13,888 nt of DNA from an uncultured Candidatus Saccharibacteria bacterium (GCA_964368365.1 CAYJBK010000008.1:1-13888), one strand, 5' to 3'; positions 7,037-13,888 are shown, counted from the stretch's first letter. Translations and numbers: made by a program. Notes: a model not told the origin generated them from the letters alone.

Positions 7037-7420
7037 CTACCGAAGCTTTGGGTACGCAGGGAGCACAACATCTGTCGAAGGATCTAGCTGGAACGTATTG
7101 GTGAGTACTCCAACGAGGCCCCAAACAGAGAGCATTACAAAAAGACCAACGAGACCGTAGACGATCTTATTTCGCGCCTCGTCACGAGTCTTGTCGTCAG
7201 CTCGGATGAACGTAATCGCGCCGTAGAGAAAGTATATGAGTGCGGCAACAAAGAGAAGGGGCACCACGGACTGAAAGGTACAGAGTAGAAAGTTAACAAG
7301 CGCCGACAAGCTTCTTACGGGCGCACCGCACCCCGACCCCGCGCCTTGGGCAAAAACCCAGAGCGGAGTAGCCGCAAGCAGCAGCGAATAAAAGCCTACT
7401 TGTATGCGTTTTTTCATCAT
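7037..7420 (-). CDS. Secreted small membrane protein, paralog 3 (TrbC/VirB2-like pilin architecture)
   Basis: 127 aa. Signal peptide MMKKRIQVGFYSLLLAATPLWVFA|QG. Cys pair (GCGAP…LLC). Core FVAALIYFLYGAITFIRADDKTRDEARNKIVYGLVGLFVMLSVWGLVGVLTNTF, the closest match to paralogs 1 and 2. Start overlaps the paralog 4 stop (ATGA). Confidence 0.7.
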   Translation of the reverse strand: MMKKRIQVGFYSLLLAATPLWVFAQGAGSGCGAPVRSLSALVNFLLCTFQSVVPLLFVAALIYFLYGAITFIRADDKTRDEARNKIVYGLVGLFVMLSVWGLVGVLTNTFQLDPSTDVVLPAYPKLR

Positions 7421-7848
7421 GATGGTTTTGTAATTGCGTTTATTGTGCCTTGTATTACTTCCGCGAGAACACCGGAACCCAAGAGAACCGCCGCTCCAAT
7501 CACGGTGTATTTGAAAATCTGATGTGCGGAATCAATCGCTTTCTGGTCACCCAGGGCTGTCACATACTTAAAGCCCGCGTAGAGAAATGCGAGCACTATA
7601 ACCACAACTCCAATCTGCATCAAAGCATCTACAATCTTCTTGGGAAGCGACCGGATATCGAGGGAAGATCCGGGACCGTCACAGTTGAGCGGGTCGCACA
7701 GAGTGGGCTGGCCACCTCCCGGGGGCTCGGTACCTCCGGGCTTTTTCGCGCCCTGAGCGAACGAAACGAGTGGCAAAACAAATAACGCAATAATAAAAGT
7801 AAACACTGCCGCCTTCTTTAAATACCCTGGCACTGGAATACTCATCAT
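7417..7848 (-). CDS. Secreted small membrane protein, paralog 4 (TrbC/VirB2-like pilin architecture)
   Basis: 143 aa. Signal peptide MMSIPVPGYLKKAAVFTFIIALFVLPLVSFA|QG. Gly/Pro-rich segment with a Cys pair (LCDPLNCDG). Core VVVIVLAFLYAGFKYVTALGDQKAIDSAHQIFKYTVIGAAVLLGSGVLAEVIQG. Start overlaps the paralog 5 stop (ATGA). Confidence 0.7.
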   Translation of the reverse strand: MMSIPVPGYLKKAAVFTFIIALFVLPLVSFAQGAKKPGGTEPPGGGQPTLCDPLNCDGPGSSLDIRSLPKKIVDALMQIGVVVIVLAFLYAGFKYVTALGDQKAIDSAHQIFKYTVIGAAVLLGSGVLAEVIQGTINAITKPS

Positions 7849-8234
7849 GATCGTATAAATGGATTAAAGCTGTCGTGGACAAAGAAACTAAATATGGTAC
7901 TCACGATAAACCATGCGAGGAAAGCCAGGAAGACCCCTTTTACCGTTGAGGTAACCATGCCGTGGACCTTGGTCGCCTCGCTCTCGTTGCCAAAGGCTAT
8001 CAAGTAGCGAAAGCCGGCAATAGCAAAGGAAATTGTGGCGAGTGGAATAATCAGCCAAAAAAGCGAGAACTTTATGATCCTGTCTGCGAGTACGAGAAAG
8101 TCATTGAACGTGCAGAGTGGCTGACCCGCATTACCACACGGCACAAGTGGCTCCGGTGCGCCATCGGCCGCAAACACTATCATCGGGAGCATGGCGAGAC
8201 CAAGCACAAATCCAAACCTTGGAAGAAGTTTCAT
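7845..8234 (-). CDS. Secreted small membrane protein, paralog 5 (TrbC/VirB2-like pilin architecture)
   Basis: Track ORF 7845..8321, trimmed to the internal ATG at 8234 (MKLLPRFGFVLGLAMLPMIVFA|ADG), which gives a proper signal peptide and removes the overlap with the upstream gene. Cys pair (PCGNAGQPLC). Core LIIPLATISFAIAGFRYLIAFGNESEATKVHGMVTSTVKGVFLAFLAWFIVSTIF. 1-nt gap from the stop of the SBP gene. Confidence 0.65.
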   Translation of the reverse strand: MKLLPRFGFVLGLAMLPMIVFAADGAPEPLVPCGNAGQPLCTFNDFLVLADRIIKFSLFWLIIPLATISFAIAGFRYLIAFGNESEATKVHGMVTSTVKGVFLAFLAWFIVSTIFSFFVHDSFNPFIRS

Positions 8235-8235
8235 A

Positions 8236-9540
8236 CTAATTGCCGAGGAGTGCCCGAATGCGTCGCGATGCACGCAAGACCGCGTCACTCTCTGTCGTCT
8301 TGTTAATGATAACAGACTCAATCATCTCAGCAAAGACGGCATCTGTCTCTTTAGGATCTGGGTCATACCATCCTCTGCTTATAATTGCAGAGCGGTTGAA
8401 GATATCGAGCACAGGATCAGCTTCGGGCAACGAGAGTACGCTCCGCGAAGCAGAGGGCAGGCCCACTGTCTTTGACACAGCAGCACTACTCTCGGGGCTC
8501 GTCAGATCCAGCGCAGCGTTGAAGGCGGTCTCAGGATTCTGCGAGGCGCGAAGCACACCCACACCATACATCTGGGCGAAAGTGACCTTCCTCACCGCCT
8601 TATCTCGCTGAGGCATCTGGGCTACATCAAAGTTGAGATGGGGATTCTTGCGCACAATATCGAAATAGTCGCTCGCACGCCCAAAGTAAACCGCGAGCGT
8701 ACCCGCCTCAAACGCAGCCTTAGAATTTGAGAGTGCACTGTTCCAAGAGTATGAAGTCTTGGAGGGATTCGCAAACTCCGTATAGAACCGAACCGCCGCA
8801 GATGCGCTGGAAGGCACATCGCCGACGCTCTGACCCAGGAGGGATACAATCCTACCCGTACTGTCGAGTCCTGCTATCGAGTCCCCCACCTGCATAATGA
8901 GTGTACTCAGGATATCTTTACTCCACTCTGTATTTCGAACACCTCCCAAAGCTACCGCACTCTGGGTAATGTTGCCGCGCGAATCACGCACCGTAAGCTT
9001 CTCCGGTAAAGCCGGAAACTGCTCCCACACTTTAGGCGGCTCCACAATCCCCGCAGAGGAGAAAAGGTCTCTGTTCCAATACATAATGAGTGGATCGACG
9101 TAGAGCGGCAACGCGGTCATGCCATCGGGGGCCAGATACAGCTCCCCCTCGTCGATGTAAGTATCCTTAAAGGATCGGAGCGGCAACGATTCGTACGGCA
9201 AGGAGTACAGCTTATCGCCTTGGGCAATAAGGAGATCGTGTGGAAAAAGTATCATGTCTGGACCGCGACCCGAGGCGAGTTCTGAGATCAGTGTGCTCTC
9301 GAGGGACTCTGCTGGAATTTCTTCGTAGACAAGAGAATATTCAGCCTCGTGGGTCGCATTAAACTCCACAACAAAAGGACCCATGGAGCTACTCGGCAGC
9401 GAGCCCCATAGTACCACCTCTCCGCCAAACTGCTGTGCGTCTGGACGGCCAGGAAGAGGTATATATCCCGAGAAGGCAAGGACCGCGAGAATCCCGAGAG
9501 CGCCGAAAATAATAAGAAGAAATATTTGAAAAGTACTCAT
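8236..9540 (-). CDS. Membrane-anchored extracellular solute-binding protein homolog (ABC-transporter SBP family 1-like), with no permease or ATPase genes adjacent
   Basis: 434 aa. N-terminal TM anchor (FQIFLLIIFGALGILAVLAF). Segments GEVVLWGSLP…, DMILFPHDLL… and especially LYVDPLIMYWNRDLFSSAGIVEPPKVWEQF match the SBP_bac_1 signature (…lyYNkdlf..aGl.pPkTWdE…). Start is 2 nt after the MTase stop. Stop is 1 nt before paralog 5. Confidence 0.55.
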   Translation of the reverse strand: MSTFQIFLLIIFGALGILAVLAFSGYIPLPGRPDAQQFGGEVVLWGSLPSSSMGPFVVEFNATHEAEYSLVYEEIPAESLESTLISELASGRGPDMILFPHDLLIAQGDKLYSLPYESLPLRSFKDTYIDEGELYLAPDGMTALPLYVDPLIMYWNRDLFSSAGIVEPPKVWEQFPALPEKLTVRDSRGNITQSAVALGGVRNTEWSKDILSTLIMQVGDSIAGLDSTGRIVSLLGQSVGDVPSSASAAVRFYTEFANPSKTSYSWNSALSNSKAAFEAGTLAVYFGRASDYFDIVRKNPHLNFDVAQMPQRDKAVRKVTFAQMYGVGVLRASQNPETAFNAALDLTSPESSAAVSKTVGLPSASRSVLSLPEADPVLDIFNRSAIISRGWYDPDPKETDAVFAEMIESVIINKTTESDAVLRASRRIRALLGN

Positions 9541-9542
9541 GG

Positions 9543-10115
9543 CTATGTCTTCATATAGAGCAGTCCGTAATGGTGCGCACCCGCGAAGAATGCGTCCTTA
9601 TACAAGAAGCCGACCTTGCCGAGAAGCTCTTTGGCTGTGCCTTCTGAGACCACCTGGTCTGGATGTGGCCCCATGCCCGCGAAGGAGGCGGACCAGTCGA
9701 CGACGAGGATCAGAGCACCGGGCTTCAAAACTCTCGCCAGTTCAAGAAGGAAATGCTCCTTATGCTCGGACTGAAAAAGAACATTGGCGAGCACAGCCGC
9801 GTCGAGCGAAGAATCGACAAGCTTCGTACCCCCCAGTGTGTCGAGGTTGCACCACACGACCTCAAGCTGCCCCACCTTTTTAGCTTCCGCCTCTTTCTTG
9901 AGGCGCGAGAGGAGATCCTTCTGAACGTCCAGGGCGTATACGCGGCCAGATGGACCAACGGCCGCGGCCAGCGCAAACGCGTAGGCACCTGTTCCAGTGC
10001 CAAAATCAGCAACATGCATCCCCTCCGTAAGATGCAGGCGCCGAACATTATCCTCCGGATTCGAGAATTCCATGTGCTTTAGTATACCACCTCCAGCCAC
10101 ATCCTCTGTGGACAT
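9543..10115 (-). CDS. Small class I SAM-dependent methyltransferase (first gene of the minus-strand operon)
   Basis: Track ORF 9543..10409, trimmed to ATG 10115 (MSTEDVAGGG…). The longer N-terminal extension runs through the REP palindrome and the start of the divergent gene, and is low-complexity. Motif I VADFGTGTGAYAFALA, acidic post-I ALDVQKD, motif II/III region LKPGALILVVDW. An alternative start at ATG 10073 (MEFSNPEDN…) is possible. Confidence 0.7.
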   Translation of the reverse strand: MSTEDVAGGGILKHMEFSNPEDNVRRLHLTEGMHVADFGTGTGAYAFALAAAVGPSGRVYALDVQKDLLSRLKKEAEAKKVGQLEVVWCNLDTLGGTKLVDSSLDAAVLANVLFQSEHKEHFLLELARVLKPGALILVVDWSASFAGMGPHPDQVVSEGTAKELLGKVGFLYKDAFFAGAHHYGLLYMKT

Positions 10116-10116
10116 C

Positions 10117-10141
10117 CACTTGGGAGCCTGGCTCCCAAGTG
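10117..10141. repeat. REP-like perfect palindrome, copy 1 (CACTTGGGAGCC-T-GGCTCCCAAGTG)
   Basis: 12-bp arms around a single T. Lies in the 39-nt divergent intergenic region between the MTase start (10115) and the RAYT start (10155). Confidence 0.85.
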
Positions 10142-10154
10142 CTATACTCCTGCA

Positions 10155-10796
10155 ATGGGAATGAGAAAAATAGTGCTTGCTGACGACGAGTATTATCACA
10201 TCTATAATCAGGGGGTAGACAAACGCGACGTGTTTTTGGACGAAGAAGACTACAAACGACTCCTGAAAAGCATTCGGGTATTTAATCAAGAAGAGATCAG
10301 TGGAAGTATTCATGAGTTTTCTTTTGGAAGCAAAAAGAAAACTCCTCCGCTCGTAGACATAATCGCCTACTGTCTTAATCCCAATCATTATCATTTTATC
10401 CTTAAACAAAATACGGAGCGGGGCATCGAGAAGTTTATGCAGCGCATCGGCACAGGGTATTCAAACTATTTTAATAAAAAATACCAGAGAAAAGGACCCC
10501 TTTTCCAGGGAAAGTTCAAATCAAAACATGTCGACGGAAACGATTACCTTGTCTACTTGTCCGCCTATGTAAACCTCAACAACGAAATTCATGGACTTGG
10601 GAGCCTGGCTCCCAAGTCCAGTTTCTCTGAATACATTTCTCCTCAGACAAAGGATGCGGTCTGCGCAAAAGAGATTATTTTAGGTCAGTTTAAAAACCAT
10701 GGGGAGTACGCACTGTTTGCGCGAGATTCAATTTTAGAAACCGCACAGCGTCGCAGACAAGACGCATTATTAGATACAATCTTAGGGGATATTTAG
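10155..10796 (+). CDS. HuH Y1 transposase of the IS200/RAYT (REP-associated tyrosine transposase) type
   Basis: 213 aa. HuH motif in LNPNHYHFILK. C-terminal catalytic-Tyr region GNDYLVYLSAYVNLNNEIHG parallels E. coli RayT DYIYINPVKHG (Y-[IV]-N-[PL]-x-x-x-HG). Flanked on both sides by the same palindrome in inverted orientation. Confidence 0.65.
   Translation: MGMRKIVLADDEYYHIYNQGVDKRDVFLDEEDYKRLLKSIRVFNQEEISGSIHEFSFGSKKKTPPLVDIIAYCLNPNHYHFILKQNTERGIEKFMQRIGTGYSNYFNKKYQRKGPLFQGKFKSKHVDGNDYLVYLSAYVNLNNEIHGLGSLAPKSSFSEYISPQTKDAVCAKEIILGQFKNHGEYALFARDSILETAQRRRQDALLDTILGDI
10593..10619. repeat. REP-like perfect palindrome, copy 2 (GGACTTGGGAGCC-T-GGCTCCCAAGTCC), lying in-frame inside the RAYT coding sequence
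   Basis: 13-bp arms, 27 nt in total, equal to exactly nine in-frame codons encoding GLGSLAPKS. It immediately follows the conserved HG of the catalytic region. Confidence 0.85.
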
Positions 10797-10808
10797 CGAC
10801 TTGCTTGA

Positions 10809-10831
10809 ACTTGGGAGCCAGGCTCCCAAGT
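10809..10831. repeat. REP-like perfect palindrome, copy 3 (ACTTGGGAGCC-A-GGCTCCCAAGT), in inverted orientation relative to copy 1
   Basis: 11-bp arms. The central base is A instead of T, so it is the reverse complement of copies 1 and 2. Begins 13 nt after the RAYT stop. Confidence 0.85.
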
Positions 10832-10861
10832 GAGGAGGGGCTGGTGTATACTGGCGCTACG

Positions 10862-11524
10862 ATGCGCTCCGTCGTCTTAGTTCTTACACTTACAGCAATC
10901 GCGCTTCTTATATTTAAAGTAAACTTCATGCACACACCGCAGACATTTATTCCTATCGGCAACTCATATTCTATCGGCGAAGGTGTGAGCGAATCGGAGC
11001 GATGGCCGAATTTGCTTGCGAATCATATGACGCAAGAAGGAAAAGCCACCAAACTTCTCGCGAATCCGGGGCGCACGGGATGGACCACGCGCCAGGCACT
11101 GGAGAATGAACTGCCGCTCGTCGAAAAAGAACGTCCAAGTCTCATCACCATCCTTATTGGCGTGAACGATCTCGTGCAGGGTGTGTCCGTAGAAGAATTT
11201 GAGAGAAATCTCCGCGAGATCCTAGACCGGAGCGAGAAAGCGCTTCAGAAGCCTGGAAAAATAATCTTGATCACGATCCCTGACTTTACACTCACCCCAT
11301 CGGGAAAATCCTTTGGAGACCCGGCAACGATTCAGAAAAAGCTCGCCGAGTTTAATGCCGTGATTAAAAAAGAGGCAGCAGATAAAGGTCTCCCGCTTGC
11401 GGATATATATGAAGTAAGCGTCCAACTCGGGAGCGACTCGGCATACGTAGCCAAAGACGGGCTGCACCCTTCCCCCACTGCGTATATTGAATGGGAAAAG
11501 GAAATCTACTCGGCTATCAAATAG
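10862..11524 (+). CDS. SGNH/GDSL-family hydrolase (lipase/esterase-like), N-terminally membrane-anchored or secreted
   Basis: Track ORF 10805..11524 begins with a TTG inside the palindrome. It is trimmed to ATG 10862 (MRSVVLVLTLTAIALLIF…, a signal/anchor). Block I GNSYSIGEG, block II ANPGRTGW, block III ILIGVNDL (GxND), block V DGLHPS (DxxH). Confidence 0.65.
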   Translation: MRSVVLVLTLTAIALLIFKVNFMHTPQTFIPIGNSYSIGEGVSESERWPNLLANHMTQEGKATKLLANPGRTGWTTRQALENELPLVEKERPSLITILIGVNDLVQGVSVEEFERNLREILDRSEKALQKPGKIILITIPDFTLTPSGKSFGDPATIQKKLAEFNAVIKKEAADKGLPLADIYEVSVQLGSDSAYVAKDGLHPSPTAYIEWEKEIYSAIK

Positions 11525-11533
11525 ATCCGGATA

Positions 11534-13888
11534 CTAGAGACACGTCAAGCTCGCGATCGAATCCCCTTCGCGGAGTTTCATGATGCGCACGCCTTGCGTT
11601 GAACGGCCGAGGGACGGAATGGTCGCGAGGTCTGTGCGGATCACCTGCGCGTTCTTGGAGATCGCCACAAGTTCTACCTCTGTGCTTACGACCTTCCCTA
11701 CGATAACCTTGCCGGTCTTTGGGGTCACGTTTGCCGTCTTGATGCCACTACCGCCGCGCTTCTGAATCTTATACTCTGCGATCTTAGTTTTCTTGCCGTA
11801 TCCGTTGTGACTCATAATGAGAAACTGCGCATCTTTCTCCTCCTTATTCACGATATCTGCTCCCACAAGCGCATCGTTCTTGCCGAGCTTCATGGCACGC
11901 ACACCCATGGCCGTCCGACCCATTTCCCGGATATCAGATTCTTTAAATCGAATAGACTGACCGCCCGCGGTCGCCAAGATCACCGAACCACCCTTCTCGA
12001 CAAAGCGCGCTGCCAAAAGTTCGTCACCGGCATCGAGCGTGATAGCGATAAGTCCGCTGCGGCGCACATCAGTAAAACTCTCCGCTGAAACTTTCTTTGC
12101 GACGCCATTCTTTGTGACCATCAGAAGTGAGAGGCCACTGCCCTTCACCTTCTTGGGCATCGCGAGCACAGAGGTAACCCGCTCGCCTGCGGAAAGCGAA
12201 AGATAGTTCATGATCGACTTACCGCGTGTGGCACGCTTACCCTCAGGCAGCTCAAACATCTTTATCTGATACGCCTTTCCGCGGTCACTGAAGAAGAGCA
12301 CGTCGTTATGCGTATTTGCCGTGAGAAATATAGTAATGAAATCTTCTTCTTTGGTATCGAGATCGATGACACCCACGCCACCACGCTTCTGTGAGCGATA
12401 TTCGGTTGGGTCTGTGCGCTTTACATATCCGCCAGAAGTGAGGACCAAAATACTCTCCTTTTCTGGAATGAGATCCTCTACGTTGATCTCCTTGGCGCCG
12501 GAGCGAACGATCTTTGTGCGGCGATCATCTCCGTATTTCTCCGCAATCTCCTCAGATTCTTTCTTGATCGCCGCGAGCATAAGCTTGGGGTCTCCTAAGA
12601 ATTTCTTGAGGTCTTTGATGAGCGCAAGCTTCTCCTTAAGTTCGTCCTCAACCTTCTGACGCTCAAGACCAGCAAGACGCTGGAGGCGCATTTCAAGGAT
12701 CGCGGTAGCCTGGAGCTCCGAGAGCTTGAACCGCTTCATCAAATTCGCATGCGCCTCCTCAGTCGTCTCTGCCTTTCGGATCACTTTGATCACTTCGTCG
12801 ATATGATCAAGTGCGATCTTCAAACCTTCAAGAATATGTGCGCGCTCCTCTGCCTTACGAAGATCAAACTGTGCCCGGCGCTTCACCACATCTCTCCTGT
12901 GCAGAATAAACTCTTCGAGAACCGACTTCAGCGAGAGTACACGCGGCACGCCGCCCACAAGGGCAAGCATGTTGTAGTTGAAAACGACCTCAAGGTCCGA
13001 ATGCTTATAGAGAAAGTTCAGCGTCTGCTGCGGATGGATCCCCTGCTTGAGATCGATCACAACGCGAATGTCATCCGTGGACTCATCGCGGATATCTTTG
13101 ATACCCTCAAGCTTCTTCTCCTTCACGAGATCCGCGATCTTGATCAAAAGTTCTGACTTGTTCACCTGGTATGGGATAGAGGTGATCACGATCTGGAACA
13201 TGCCCGCCTTGGTTTCCGTGATCTCTGCCTCTCCGCGAGTAAGCACACCACCGCGGCCCGTGCCGTAGGCATGCGCAATATCTTTTTCATTAAAAGCGAG
13301 TCCGCCTGTTGGGAAGTCGGGACCCTTCACGAATTTCAAAAGATCCTCGGTGGTGGCCTTCGGCTCATCGATAAGATGCACCACAGCGCCCATCACCTCA
13401 CGCAGATTGTGTGGGGGGATCTTGGTAGCCATGCCCACAGCAATGCCGAGAGTACCATTCAAAAGTAGGTTTGGAACCGCGGAAGGAAAAACAACAGGCT
13501 CCTTCTTCGTGTTGTCGTAGTTGGGAACAAAGTCTACGGTCTCTTTATCAAGATCGCGGATCAGCTCGTCGGCGATCTTGCTCATCTTTACCTCGGTATA
13601 CCTGTAGGCAGCGGCTGAGTCGCCGTCGATGCTACCAAAATTTCCCTGCCCGATCGCCAAGGGGTACCGCATATAGAATCCCTGCGCCATCTTTACCATG
13701 GCATCGTACACAGAGGTGTCGCCGTGCGGATGCCAGCTACCGAGCACATCACCCACCACAGTTGCAGACTTCTTGAACTTAGCGCTCGAGTTCAAGCCGA
13801 CGTTATTCATCGCATAGAGAATACGGAGGTGCACCGGCTTCAGACCGTCGCGCAAATCCGGCAAAGCGCGAGACACAAAGACAGACAT
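11534..13888 (-). CDS. gyrA: DNA gyrase subunit A (N-terminal ~30 codons lie beyond the right edge of the window)
   Basis: The frame is open to the window edge. [20 protein letters not shown]… and the QRDR/active-site block [41 protein letters not shown] (catalytic Tyr in RYTE) are nearly identical to the canonical GyrA N-terminal domain. The C-terminal beta-pinwheel begins with the GyrA-box-like QKRGGVG, which favours GyrA over ParC. Confidence 0.9.
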   Translation of the reverse strand: MSVFVSRALPDLRDGLKPVHLRILYAMNNVGLNSSAKFKKSATVVGDVLGSWHPHGDTSVYDAMVKMAQGFYMRYPLAIGQGNFGSIDGDSAAAYRYTEVKMSKIADELIRDLDKETVDFVPNYDNTKKEPVVFPSAVPNLLLNGTLGIAVGMATKIPPHNLREVMGAVVHLIDEPKATTEDLLKFVKGPDFPTGGLAFNEKDIAHAYGTGRGGVLTRGEAEITETKAGMFQIVITSIPYQVNKSELLIKIADLVKEKKLEGIKDIRDESTDDIRVVIDLKQGIHPQQTLNFLYKHSDLEVVFNYNMLALVGGVPRVLSLKSVLEEFILHRRDVVKRRAQFDLRKAEERAHILEGLKIALDHIDEVIKVIRKAETTEEAHANLMKRFKLSELQATAILEMRLQRLAGLERQKVEDELKEKLALIKDLKKFLGDPKLMLAAIKKESEEIAEKYGDDRRTKIVRSGAKEINVEDLIPEKESILVLTSGGYVKRTDPTEYRSQKRGGVGVIDLDTKEEDFITIFLTANTHNDVLFFSDRGKAYQIKMFELPEGKRATRGKSIMNYLSLSAGERVTSVLAMPKKVKGSGLSLLMVTKNGVAKKVSAESFTDVRRSGLIAITLDAGDELLAARFVEKGGSVILATAGGQSIRFKESDIREMGRTAMGVRAMKLGKNDALVGADIVNKEEKDAQFLIMSHNGYGKKTKIAEYKIQKRGGSGIKTANVTPKTGKVIVGKVVSTEVELVAISKNAQVIRTDLATIPSLGRSTQGVRIMKLREGDSIASLTCL

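Larger units (their letters stand above)
10117..10831 (+). mobile_element. REP-RAYT-REP unit (REPIN-like, ~715 bp)
   Basis: A Y1 transposase gene is bracketed by identical palindromes in inverted orientation, which is the classic arrangement of REP sequences with their cognate RAYT. No target-site duplication or IS-type terminal IRs were seen. Confidence 0.55.

Noticed and set aside
7376-7421. Apparent 1-nt frame inconsistency when hand-translating the N-terminus of paralog 3 against the ORF track
   Set aside because: It is most likely my own transcription or indexing error, since the track gives a continuous 127-aa ORF. It is a reminder that hand-derived coordinates (tRNAs, palindromes, promoter) may be off by 1-2 nt. 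CDS boundaries follow the ORF track.
8235-8321. N-terminal extension of paralog 5 (track start 8321)
   Set aside because: The extension (MSLLSLTRRQRVTRSCVHRDAFGHSSAIS) overlaps the 3' end of the SBP gene and precedes a textbook signal peptide that begins at the internal Met. Start reassigned to 8234.
6531-8611. Plus-strand ORFs 6531..6761, 6563..6772, 7450..7785, 7962..8306, 8191..8475, 8240..8611
   Set aside because: They are antisense to the translationally coupled minus-strand operon, with no motifs and no start context.
10116-10409. N-terminal extension of the methyltransferase ORF (track start 10409)
   Set aside because: The extension reads through the REP palindrome (…LGSQAPKW) and antisense across the first 250 nt of the RAYT gene. 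The conserved MTase sequence begins at the Met at 10115.
10805-10861. TTG start of the SGNH hydrolase ORF inside REP copy 3
   Set aside because: That start is a non-ATG codon within a strong hairpin, and the encoded 19 residues precede an obvious signal/anchor beginning at ATG 10862.
11580-13776. Plus-strand ORFs antisense to gyrA (11580..11765, 11807..12088, 12321..12659, 12749..13156, 13047..13268, 13271..13468, 13471..13776)
   Set aside because: They are antisense to an unambiguous gyrA reading frame.
1-13888. CRISPR arrays, rRNA genes, riboswitch-like leaders
   Set aside because: No short direct repeats with regular spacing and no rRNA-like stretches were seen. The only structured leader is the SPFH 5' UTR, which lacks any riboswitch consensus I could recognise.

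Overview
This 13.9-kb window appears to be bacterial chromosome with mixed composition: a housekeeping gene (partial gyrA) at the right edge, two tRNA genes, and several accessory-looking modules. All calls rest on reading the sequence and the ORF track by hand, with no database search. Hand-derived coordinates (tRNAs, palindromes, promoter) may be off by 1-2 nt.

From left to right:
- **3-365 (+):** the 3' end of a SAM-dependent methyltransferase gene.
- **359-3031 (-):** an 890-aa secreted multidomain protein. It has a signal peptide, a PG_binding_1-like domain, a region with a BNR/Asp-box beta-propeller signature, a Ser/Thr/Pro linker and three C-terminal beta-domain repeats.
- **3186-3920 (+):** a low-GC gene for a protein with an N-terminal HTH and a LAGLIDADG-like domain, ending 6 nt upstream of tRNA-Lys(CTT). 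tRNA-Leu(TAG) follows.
- **4185-6181 (+):** a consensus sigma70 promoter (TTGACA-17-TATAAT) and structured leader, driving a comparatively GC-rich two-gene module. The first gene encodes a polytopic membrane protein with a C-terminal SPFH/band-7-like domain. The second encodes a single-TM protein of unknown function. The module ends at a bidirectional terminator.
- **10115 down to 6200 (-):** a long minus-strand operon with seven genes. It encodes a small SAM methyltransferase, a membrane-anchored family-1 solute-binding-protein homolog, and five tandem, diverged paralogs. Each paralog is a small protein with a signal peptide and two hydrophobic helices, which is the TrbC/VirB2 (type IV secretion pilin) architecture. 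Stop/start overlaps suggest translational coupling.
- **10117-10831:** a compact REP-RAYT-like unit. A HuH Y1 (IS200/RAYT-like) transposase gene is flanked by two copies of a perfect 23-27-bp palindrome in inverted orientation. A third copy sits in-frame inside the transposase gene itself.
- **10862-11524 (+):** an SGNH/GDSL hydrolase gene.
- **11534-13888 (-):** gyrA, with its N-terminus beyond the right edge.

The two most interesting candidates are the SBP-plus-pilin-like array operon and the high-GC SPFH module next to the tRNAs. The unusual in-frame REP palindrome in the RAYT gene is also worth a look.
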